A stretch of DNA of 64,000 nucleotides, from IMG/VR virus record IMGVR_UViG_2837005551_000010, positions 332 through 64,331 of that record; one strand, 5' to 3'. The notes beneath the pieces are model-generated. The model saw nothing but the letters and a program-made list of their open reading frames with translations, was not told the origin of the DNA and made no database searches. Made by a program: the position numbers and the translations under genes. Source of the DNA: a virus. Its lineage: Duplodnaviria > Caudoviricetes. This document shows positions 36,803 through 45,225 of this stretch, in pieces (position 1 is the stretch's first letter; every line of letters starts with the position of its first letter).

Positions 36803-37653
36803 TGAGAAAACTTAGAACGTGCGATTCCGCACAACTCAACACGGGTGTGTCTAAGTGTCCGCCCGATTTCGAGAACATGAAAGGTGCCATCCTCGTTCCC
36901 CCCGGCACCAAGTTGCCCGCCGACCTCACCGCCGAAAAGCTGGAGCAGATGGTTCATGCCGACCGCCCGGACCGTATCTTCGGTATTGTCCGTTTCACTG
37001 AATATGCCAAGAACGGCGGCGAAATCCAGACAGCAGCCAACGGCTATGACGGCGAGGCTCCCACCGGCGTAAGTGCCCGTAAGGACACATTCACCCTTAA
37101 CAAGTTCTTCCCGGAACTGATGGCGGCTCTTACCAGAACCTACAATCAGCAGTGGGATGCCTACTTCTTCGACGACAACAATATGCTGTTCGGTCTGAAG
37201 GACGGCACCGACACACTCGCCGGTTATCCCATGACCGCTGTCTATGGCGATTCCACGCCGTTCAACACCTCATCGGCAAAGGCTACCATGACCGTTACTT
37301 TCGCGCACGAGAACGCCAAGCGTGCTATCACTGACTTCGATTTCGTGCAGCTCGACTTCAACCCCCAGAAGTGTGTCCTCGGTCTGACCAATGTCCGGAT
37401 GGAGAAGTCTGCTACATCCGGCAATGCCTACAAGCTCTTTGAAGATGTGGGCGGATATGATGTTACTGGCATCTATGGTCCCCTTATCGCCGCCGCCGGC
37501 AACACCGTTGTAAGTGGTGCCACCTCCGCACTGACCTATGACGATACAACGCAGACTCTCACAATCGCATCTACAAGCGGCGCCGACATCCGCCTCAAGT
37601 CGCCCTCCGTGCTGTATGAGAACGACATCAAAGGAATCGAGCAGGTAGCATGA
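36802..37653 (+). CDS. Putative major tail protein
   Basis: Synteny; beta-rich 283 aa; strong C-ending codon bias shared with the capsid gene. Confidence 0.6.
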   Translation: MRKLRTCDSAQLNTGVSKCPPDFENMKGAILVPPGTKLPADLTAEKLEQMVHADRPDRIFGIVRFTEYAKNGGEIQTAANGYDGEAPTGVSARKDTFTLNKFFPELMAALTRTYNQQWDAYFFDDNNMLFGLKDGTDTLAGYPMTAVYGDSTPFNTSSAKATMTVTFAHENAKRAITDFDFVQLDFNPQKCVLGLTNVRMEKSATSGNAYKLFEDVGGYDVTGIYGPLIAAAGNTVVSGATSALTYDDTTQTLTIASTSGADIRLKSPSVLYENDIKGIEQVA

Positions 37654-37838
37654 TTTTCGAGCGTGTCAATTTTGTAGAAGAAGAGATAAAGAAGATGAGC
37701 CGGGATGAATTTGAGTCCCGGCACATCAATCTCTTTTGGCTCGATCGGGATGAGGCAACCCGAAAGAAGATGCTCGGTCAGGTCTACGACCTCATCAACA
37801 AGCCTGCCAAGCAGACCAAGCATAAAGCCGATAAATAA
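37650..37838 (+). CDS. Small tail-region protein
   Basis: 62-aa coupled ORF. Confidence 0.6.
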   Translation: MIFERVNFVEEEIKKMSRDEFESRHINLFWLDRDEATRKKMLGQVYDLINKPAKQTKHKADK

Positions 37839-37887
37839 CAAATCAACCGGGCGGGGGTGTTATCATCTCCGCCCTTACTTTCAGGAC

Positions 37888-38403
37888 ATGGGCATTGAAG
37901 AAGTAGCAAAGATAATCGGAAAGATTGCCGATGGGTTTGAAGAGGCGTGTATCAAATGCCTTGATGACAATTCCGGCATCGTTCTCCGTGCTGTTACGGA
38001 GCAGTTGTATAGCGGTGTTGACGGGGAGGGTAAGCACCTCTCACCGACATACGACAATGACCCATACTTTGAGGAGGAGGGAACATGGTATCACAGAGCC
38101 AAAGATTACAAGGCGTGGAAATACAGCATAACTCCGCCAGTGGCCGGAACCATGCTCGGATTACCACCGCGCCCTGATGATGTTCCCAACCTTTTCATCA
38201 ACGGTAAATTCTATTCAGAGATTACAGCCACTCGCAAAGGTGATGTTCTTGTAGTAGATCCCGGCAATGGCGATGGCCCGTCAATCGTAGCCAAATATGG
38301 TGATGAGATACTGAATATGGGACCGACAGCCATCAGTTATTTCAACACTACCTATATGCTCCCGGCAATAGATTCATTTTTCAAAGATTGTGGATACCGA
38401 TGA
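37888..38403 (+). CDS. Putative neck/tail protein
   Basis: Start moved to Met62 (MGIEEVAKII); tail-module synteny. Confidence 0.6.
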   Translation: MGIEEVAKIIGKIADGFEEACIKCLDDNSGIVLRAVTEQLYSGVDGEGKHLSPTYDNDPYFEEEGTWYHRAKDYKAWKYSITPPVAGTMLGLPPRPDDVPNLFINGKFYSEITATRKGDVLVVDPGNGDGPSIVAKYGDEILNMGPTAISYFNTTYMLPAIDSFFKDCGYR

Positions 38404-38594
38404 GTTGTGCGTGTGAACATAAGCGGATGGGTCAGGAGTTAGAGCGATTCCGCAGATTAGCAAAAGCGTGGGCCAAGATGGAGGGTAACACCGCTATCAT
38501 CTACAAGAATGATGACGGCACCTATGGGTTCGCGTCAATCTCGGCAGAGTCTGAGATTGGGAAACCGATTGTAGAATATATAACGCCATTCTGA
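38400..38594 (+). CDS. Small hypothetical protein
   Basis: MSCACEHKR...; couples to the tape measure gene. Confidence 0.6.
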   Translation: MSCACEHKRMGQELERFRRLAKAWAKMEGNTAIIYKNDDGTYGFASISAESEIGKPIVEYITPF

Positions 38595-41500
38595 TGAGCG
38601 AAACAAAGATAACCGACCTTGTCCCCCAGGAGACAATCGACAAAATCAAGGAACTCAATACCGAGATCCAGACGCTGCTCACGACCTATACCAATACGGC
38701 AAAGGAATTGGCAAAAGGCGTTGATGTGAACGTGAAAGTTGTCGGGGATATTGACAAGCTGGAGAAACTGCTTGTCGAGAAAACCAAAGAGGCGACTTTA
38801 GCCACTGAACGCCTTAATGCCGCTCTTGCCGAGCAGAGGCAGGTAGTGGCTAATACCACCAACACCATTTCCCGGCAGTTGATGGAGCAGGAGCGTGTCA
38901 ATAAGACTCAGCGTGCGGCATACACCGAACATGAAAAGGTCAAGAACATTATTGACCATATGCACGGCAGTTACCAACGACAGTTGGAGGAGTTAGTTAA
39001 AATTGATTCTCAAATAAAAAGCAATGTAGCAGCGCAAAAGGAAAACGAGAAGGCTATGCGTAAAGAAGGTGCCGACATTGACGCTCTTATGAAAAAACAA
39101 GAGCAGTTAGTTGCCGAGCATCGTGCATTGCGCCAGGAGAAGGCTCGTCTAAATCAGATAATGACTGCCGAGGAAAAAGCCAACACGCAGGTAGAGGGAA
39201 GTTATGTTCAACTCTCCCAGCGTTTGGAACTGATGAAAAAGGCATATAAGGAGATGAGCATTGAGGCTCGTTATACTGAAGATGGCAAGGAACTTGAAGC
39301 ATTGATACAGAATCTCGACGCACACCTAAAGGATCTTGCCGCAGATATGGGCGAGTTTCAGAGGAATGTCGGCAACTATGCCATAGCCGGACAAAATGGA
39401 GTTGTCGCCACAGACAGTCTCATTGCGGCTATGAATCAGGAGGCACGTACCACGCAAGACCTCATCGACCAAACTAAGATTTTGGAAGATGCTAAAAGGA
39501 TGTTGAATACTTCTGATGAGAACTATGAGCAGACTTTAGCGCAACTCAACGAAAAGATTGAAGAGAACAAACGCAGCCTGTCAGATGTCAGCGATATTAT
39601 TGACAAAGATGCAACATCAATAGCCGAAGCCGAAGCTCAAAACAAAAGACTTCAAGAGGCGTTAAAGCATGTCGATCTTTCAAGCGATGATGCTCAGGCA
39701 ACCATTGAAAGGCTCAATAAAAAGATAGCAGACAACACTCAACTTATCAGAGAAAATACGCCCGCCATACAAGAGCAGACAAATGCCACCGAAGAAAGGA
39801 CAAAAGCCAACAAGGATGCTGCTGACGAGTTATTAGGTCTTGTTGGTATAAATACCAATTTCGGAGAGTCTCTTCAAGGTCTCAGTAAAACCAATGCCGG
39901 AGGTGTTATTGATGGACTTGGAACTAAAGCAAAGGCTCTTGGGAATACTCTGATGGGGCTATTGTCTAATCCTTGGGTGCTTGCATTTCTCGGCATAGTT
40001 GGAGTTGCCGCCGGATTCAAATGGTGGTATGACTACAATAAAGGGCTTGTTGAGGCAACTAAGTTGACTAAGGATTTTACCGGTTTGTCTGGTTCAGAAC
40101 TGAAAGCCGTGCGAAATGAGGTTCAGGCAGTAGCGGAATCCTATGACAAAGATTTCAAAGAGGTGCTTGAGGCGGCCAATGCTATGTCAAAGCAATTCGG
40201 CATTTCCGTTCAGGAATCACTCAAACTGATGGAAGACGGATTTGCCGCCGGCGCCGATGTCAACGGAGAGTTTTTGGAGAACGTCAAGGAATACCCTGCT
40301 TATTTCAAGGAGGCGGGAATCTCGGCAAGCGAATTTGTTGCCATTACTACGCAAGCCAATCAAGCGGGTATTTATTCTGATAAGGGTATTGATGTCATAA
40401 AAGAGGGTAATCTCCGCATAAGAGAGATGACCAAGGCCACTGCCGAGGCTCTTGATGCGATTGGTATTTCTTCCAAAGAAGCACAAAAAGCATTGGCAGA
40501 TGGAAGTAAGACCACCTTTGACATCATGCAAGAGGTTTCCGAGAAACTTGCAGAGTTTCCAGAATCATCTTCTGAAGTCGGAACCGCATTGGCAGACATC
40601 TTCGGCGGTCCCGGCGAGGATGCTGGTTTGCAGTATATATTAACCCTTAAAGACATTGACACCAATCTTGACAATGTAAAAGACCGTGCCGGAGAACTCG
40701 GCCGACTTCAGGATGAGCAGTTGAAGAGTCAGATAGAACTTGAAAATGCTATCGCTTCGGTATTTGATGCCACCGGTGGCTCCTTTGAGTCAATGACAAC
40801 AAGCGCGAAAATCTTCATCAACAATGGCATAGTCAAGATAATCGAAGGGTGCGTTGATATTGTTAATTGGTTTGTCAGACTCTACAATAAATCCATCGCA
40901 GTCCGGGCCATATTCAACTCAATAGTAAACTCGTTCAAAACGATATGGGCTACTGTTAAGTTTGTCCTTACTCAAATCATTGATGGATTCAAGGCTCTTG
41001 GAGACATCATCGAGGGTGTGTTCAATCTTGATTTGGATAAAATCAAAGCCGGATACCAGAAAGGATTAAATGCTTTCAAAGACAACTTTGTAAGTATGGT
41101 CAAGGAGATTCGCAAGAATACCGAAGACGCGGTTCGGGAGACCCTTGACGGGCAGATGGAAGAGGTTACACTTGATGTTAAAGCCAATGTGCAAACATCT
41201 TCTACCCCTGCCAGCAAGCCCAAAGGTGATCCCAACTACACGCCTAAAGAATCTGCCGAAGATAAGAAAGCACGCGAAAAAGTCGCTAAAGATGCTGAGA
41301 AGGCAGCAAAGGAACAGTTGAAGATTCTCCATGATTTGGAAGATGCAAAGATTCAGGCTATGGAGGATGGACACGAAAAGGATTTAGCATTAATACGTCT
41401 TAATTTCAAGAAAAAGATTGATGCGATCACTGGCAATAGCGCACAAGAACAACAACTCCGAGTGGCTCTTGTCGAGCAGATGATGAAAGCGTTAGCCGAC

Positions 41501-42901
41501 TGTGAATTGAAGTATCAGACAGAACTTGCTAAAATCAATCTTGAAAACCGCCTCGCATCCGTTGAGGAAGGCAGTAAGGAGGAGCTTGATTTGAAGTTGG
41601 CCCAATTGGAGGCTACACGCGCCGCCGAACTCAAAGCCGCCGAGAAAACCGGCGCCGATGTTGCCCTCATCAATGACAAGTTCAACAAGGAGCGTCTTGA
41701 ACTTGAAGAGGAATATGCCAACAATCTTGCTGATAAGATTACCGAGCGCTATGGCGTTGAGGAAATCACACGCAATCAGGAGTATTCCAATGCTGTAAAC
41801 GCGCTCAAAGAACGCTATGCAAAGGAGATGGCTCTTGCCGCCGGTAATGCCGCCAAACAAGAGGAAATCAAGCGGAATCTTGAAAATGATTTGTACGCCC
41901 TGGAGGTTGAGTATTCTCAAAAGGCTGGCGAGGCTGCTATCAAGATGATAGAGGAAATCCTCAACCTTGAAAACTTATCGGCCGAGGATAGGCTGAAATG
42001 GGAGCAGGAACTTGCAAAGGCTAAGATTGATTTGGCAAATCAGATAGCCGATGCCAATTCCGAGAGCGTCGATAGGCAGATAGCCGATGATGAGAGGTTG
42101 AGAGAAAAGCGCAAAGCCAATCTTCAGAACTGGCTCCAAGTTGCATCCGATGCAATCGGCAACATCAGCGACCTCGTAAACACTCTGTTCGACGGGCAGA
42201 TTGAAAAATTAGAGGAGGAGCAAGAGGCTAATACGGAAGCCGGAGAGAAAGAACAGGAGAGGATTACCGAACTTGTCAATAAAAAGGTGATCACCCAAGA
42301 GGAGGGCGAGGCCCGCAAGAGAGCGGCCGAGGCCCAGACAGCCAAAAAGAATGAAGAGCTGGAGAAGAAAAAACAGCAGCTCAAACACAAACAGGCAGTA
42401 TGGGAAAAGGCCAATAGTTTGGCTCAGGCCGGAATCGCAACGGCCTTGGCGATAACCCACGCACTGCCCAACTTGGTACTGGCCGCAATCGCCGGTGCGA
42501 TGGGTGCCATCCAAATCGCGACTATTCTTGCTACACCCATACCCAAGTATGCCAAAGGTACGGACTATCACCGAGGTGGCCCAGCCATTGTCGGTGATGG
42601 TGGTCGTTCAGAAGTTGTATTGTTCAACGGTGGTGCATGGCTGACCCCCGACAAACCTACACTTGTTAATATGCCAGAGGGAGCCATTGTCATTCCAAGT
42701 GTAACAGACTATGATGATAATCCGGCAGGTTTGTTGATGATGCCCGTGGGTTCGGACAAGACTCCGACCTCCCGGGTCTATGATGATTCCGCTATCCGTA
42801 GAGGTGTGTCTGAACTCATCTACCTCATTAAGTGCCAGACACGACAGCAACACTGCGATTCTTACCTTACCAACTACGAATTTTTTAAGAGTAAAATATG
42901 A
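38594..42901 (+). CDS. Tape measure protein
   Basis: 1435-aa coiled-coil/Ala-rich; FQRNVGNY, FGGPGEDAG, PIPKYAKGT...AIVGDGG. Confidence 0.92.
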   Translation: MSETKITDLVPQETIDKIKELNTEIQTLLTTYTNTAKELAKGVDVNVKVVGDIDKLEKLLVEKTKEATLATERLNAALAEQRQVVANTTNTISRQLMEQERVNKTQRAAYTEHEKVKNIIDHMHGSYQRQLEELVKIDSQIKSNVAAQKENEKAMRKEGADIDALMKKQEQLVAEHRALRQEKARLNQIMTAEEKANTQVEGSYVQLSQRLELMKKAYKEMSIEARYTEDGKELEALIQNLDAHLKDLAADMGEFQRNVGNYAIAGQNGVVATDSLIAAMNQEARTTQDLIDQTKILEDAKRMLNTSDENYEQTLAQLNEKIEENKRSLSDVSDIIDKDATSIAEAEAQNKRLQEALKHVDLSSDDAQATIERLNKKIADNTQLIRENTPAIQEQTNATEERTKANKDAADELLGLVGINTNFGESLQGLSKTNAGGVIDGLGTKAKALGNTLMGLLSNPWVLAFLGIVGVAAGFKWWYDYNKGLVEATKLTKDFTGLSGSELKAVRNEVQAVAESYDKDFKEVLEAANAMSKQFGISVQESLKLMEDGFAAGADVNGEFLENVKEYPAYFKEAGISASEFVAITTQANQAGIYSDKGIDVIKEGNLRIREMTKATAEALDAIGISSKEAQKALADGSKTTFDIMQEVSEKLAEFPESSSEVGTALADIFGGPGEDAGLQYILTLKDIDTNLDNVKDRAGELGRLQDEQLKSQIELENAIASVFDATGGSFESMTTSAKIFINNGIVKIIEGCVDIVNWFVRLYNKSIAVRAIFNSIVNSFKTIWATVKFVLTQIIDGFKALGDIIEGVFNLDLDKIKAGYQKGLNAFKDNFVSMVKEIRKNTEDAVRETLDGQMEEVTLDVKANVQTSSTPASKPKGDPNYTPKESAEDKKAREKVAKDAEKAAKEQLKILHDLEDAKIQAMEDGHEKDLALIRLNFKKKIDAITGNSAQEQQLRVALVEQMMKALADCELKYQTELAKINLENRLASVEEGSKEELDLKLAQLEATRAAELKAAEKTGADVALINDKFNKERLELEEEYANNLADKITERYGVEEITRNQEYSNAVNALKERYAKEMALAAGNAAKQEEIKRNLENDLYALEVEYSQKAGEAAIKMIEEILNLENLSAEDRLKWEQELAKAKIDLANQIADANSESVDRQIADDERLREKRKANLQNWLQVASDAIGNISDLVNTLFDGQIEKLEEEQEANTEAGEKEQERITELVNKKVITQEEGEARKRAAEAQTAKKNEELEKKKQQLKHKQAVWEKANSLAQAGIATALAITHALPNLVLAAIAGAMGAIQIATILATPIPKYAKGTDYHRGGPAIVGDGGRSEVVLFNGGAWLTPDKPTLVNMPEGAIVIPSVTDYDDNPAGLLMMPVGSDKTPTSRVYDDSAIRRGVSELIYLIKCQTRQQHCDSYLTNYEFFKSKI

Positions 42902-43476
42902 TAGAGAGACTTGAACAATTAACCGTCGGCCAGTTCGTCGATCTCGTTTGTGGAGATACAAGTGTGCTGATTGGCAAGCGAGAAGTCGTAAATGAGGCGG
43001 TGCTTGTTGTTGCAATGCGCAACATAGTGTTTGAATACAAGGAGATTGTAGATAAAGCCGGAGTTAGTTCCTACCTCTCCACCATAGAGGAACTAATAAA
43101 GGCTAAGATGTCGGTTGTGGTATTTCAGATGTGCCGGAATCTTGTTTCATTGAATGAACATGACCGCGCCCGTGAGGTGTTAATAGAGTATGGTATTAAT
43201 GCAAATTCTATGAATGACCAAAGGGTTACAGCAGAAATAAAATCACGTCTTGAAAGAGCTAAAAGCACTATCGAGAAAATCGAAAACGAGAGCAAGAAAG
43301 ACAAGCCGGGGTCAATCAATTTCCGCCGGGTATTCGACACACAGACTGCCATGTTGATGGCTCATTTCAAGTTCCAGATTGATACATCCACTATGAAGGC
43401 CACTGTATATGCCCATCTTGTTGACCAACATAACAGAGAAGTCAAGGCGATGCGTGGAGCCTTGAAAAAGAAGTAA
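42898..43476 (+). CDS. Hypothetical protein (possible tail assembly chaperone)
   Basis: Coupled to the TMP; helical. Confidence 0.6.
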   Translation: MIERLEQLTVGQFVDLVCGDTSVLIGKREVVNEAVLVVAMRNIVFEYKEIVDKAGVSSYLSTIEELIKAKMSVVVFQMCRNLVSLNEHDRAREVLIEYGINANSMNDQRVTAEIKSRLERAKSTIEKIENESKKDKPGSINFRRVFDTQTAMLMAHFKFQIDTSTMKATVYAHLVDQHNREVKAMRGALKKK

Positions 43477-43594
43477 GCACCGCCCCCTGTAACCTAATGA
43501 GAGCTTGTCATTCATAATAGCAGGCTCTTTTTTTCAAGGTTGACCGCACTTTAGAACGGTTCGTTAGTAACCCCTTGCAAAACCGCAAAGTGTT

Positions 43595-43828
43595 ATGACG
43601 AAACGTAATCAATGTTATAAGCGCCGCCCGTCGAGGCTTGACCGAGTAGAAAGGAAATGTGACAGAATCCTGTCCGAGTTGTTAATCATCCGCCAGCAGC
43701 TCAACCGTCGGCCGGATATGGATATGGCAATTGAACGCCTCCACCGTACCGCCCGCAAGTTGAGAACTCAATGCGAGCAAGAGCGTGATTTAACAAGAAG
43801 AATGTTCAACTCCAAATTCCCGGAGTAA
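43595..43828 (+). CDS. Small basic coiled-coil protein
   Basis: 77 aa, coupled to the sigma gene. Confidence 0.6.
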   Translation: MTKRNQCYKRRPSRLDRVERKCDRILSELLIIRQQLNRRPDMDMAIERLHRTARKLRTQCEQERDLTRRMFNSKFPE

Positions 43829-44301
43829 TGAACATCGAAGACCTTGTTGTAAAACACGCCGGATGGATACGACGAAAAGCACGAAGATACTATGCCGACG
43901 AGTTTGATGCCGATGATCTCGCAAGTGAGACCATCTACAAATGTCTGAGCCAAGCCCGGAAGTTTAACCCCGGAATGAGTTTTAAGCCGTGGGCATTAGC
44001 CATTATGGAGAACACCTACATTACGCAGTACAACCGCCGCCGTTGTGTTCTCTTTACCGGATATGATGAATATGACCCATACACGGGGAATGATTATGCC
44101 GACCAGAGAGCTTCTGTGAACAGCATCCTATCGATAGTCCGTGATTGCGGGCGTAAGTCATGTTGTATTGAGTGTGTTCTTCTATATGCCAAAGGATATA
44201 GTTATGATGAGATAGCCGAGAGAATCGGCATACCTGTCGGAACTGTCAAGAGCAGAGTTTCAGCCGGGCGCAAGATGCTCCGTGAGGCTCTTGACGGCTA
44301 A
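43828..44301 (+). CDS. ECF-type sigma-70 factor
   Basis: Region 2 ADDLASETIYKCL...FKPWALAIMEN; region 4 GYSYDEIAERIGIPVGTVKSRVSAGRKML. Confidence 0.88.
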   Translation: MNIEDLVVKHAGWIRRKARRYYADEFDADDLASETIYKCLSQARKFNPGMSFKPWALAIMENTYITQYNRRRCVLFTGYDEYDPYTGNDYADQRASVNSILSIVRDCGRKSCCIECVLLYAKGYSYDEIAERIGIPVGTVKSRVSAGRKMLREALDG

Positions 44302-44439
44302 AATGTCAGTAAATGTTAAGGTGGTAAAATGGTGAAAATCAGACGCTAAATGGTGGTCATTCTGTTTGTGTCTCTTGTAAATAATGGCTAACTTTACATC
44401 AGAAAATAAAACAATAACCAACTAAAAGTCAAACCAATA
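44301..44439 (+). promoter_or_regulatory. Class M promoter module, copy 5
   Basis: AAATGTCAGTAAATGTTAAGG (44301), AAATGGTG (44348), TAACTTTA (44389), AAGTCAAACCAATA (44426). Confidence 0.7.
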
Positions 44440-44451
44440 AACCCCTTAATT

Positions 44452-44784
44452 ATGGAAAAGAAAAATAATTTCCGCGTGAGAGTGATGAAGTATGCATGGC
44501 AACTCTGGAAAGCCACCAAGCAGGCGTGGCGCATCTGCATGATAAAAGCGTGGCAGCTCTACCGCCTCGCGAAAGCCATGCGCGAGGGCGTGGTAACATT
44601 CTACTACACCAAAGCCGACGGCTCTATCCGTAAGGCTGTGGGCACTCTCAGAAATGTACCTGCCGGTGCCACACTCGGTGGTAAGAAAGTAACCAAACCG
44701 TCTTACAAGACTATGGCTTACTTTGACACCGAAAAGAACGGATTCCGCTGTTTCAAAGTAGAGAATCTAATCTGCGCAATCTGA
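44452..44784 (+). CDS. SH3 beta-barrel (DUF2693/WYL_2-like) protein
   Basis: VTFYYTKADGSIRKAVGTL...YFDTEKNGFRCFK. Confidence 0.8.
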   Translation: MEKKNNFRVRVMKYAWQLWKATKQAWRICMIKAWQLYRLAKAMREGVVTFYYTKADGSIRKAVGTLRNVPAGATLGGKKVTKPSYKTMAYFDTEKNGFRCFKVENLICAI

Positions 44785-45077
44785 TGGAACTGCAACCTGC
44801 CAAAGCCTACCTTATCACCGTCGGGGGAGATATAAACGAAATCTTCCCCGAGAACGGGGAAACCTTTGAGCTTGAAGAGGCTCAGGCTCATGTCGAGGGC
44901 TATATTGAGATCGTACACCTCACCAAAAACCAGATTATGATTGTCAACGAAGAGGGCAAATTTGATAAAGAGTACAATCCGATAGCCACCGGAATTGCCG
45001 ACCTCCACCGAGCATTGTGGAGTGGCGATTACATCTGCGGCAATGTGGTGATTTGCCCCTCTCCGATGCTCCCATAG
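44784..45077 (+). CDS. DUF3846-family protein
   Basis: FELEEAQAHVEGYIEIV...MIVNEEGK...NPIAT...ICGNVVI. Confidence 0.8.
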   Translation: MELQPAKAYLITVGGDINEIFPENGETFELEEAQAHVEGYIEIVHLTKNQIMIVNEEGKFDKEYNPIATGIADLHRALWSGDYICGNVVICPSPMLP

Positions 45078-45174
45078 TAAAAGTCGCTTTCAGGGCAACT
45101 TCGGGCGCATAATTCACAAACTCAAAGAGTTAAAGTGAGTTATGCGCTTTTGTCATTTGGCAGAATTTGAGCCG

Positions 45175-45209
45175 TTTGGCTGAGCCGGCGATGTTTTGGC
45201 TTACATTTG
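45175..45209 (+). promoter_or_regulatory. Class L (late) promoter upstream of the distal tail genes
   Basis: TTTGGCTGAGCC (45175), TACATTTG (45202). Confidence 0.55.
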
Positions 45210-45225
45210 CGAAAAGACCAAAACT

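Noticed and set aside
37650-38403. Programmed G/GT-type frameshift joining 37650-37838 to the downstream ORF
   Set aside because: The open overlap is in the +1 frame, no X XXY YYZ slippery site was seen, and a GC hairpin plus a good Met at 37888 suggest separate genes
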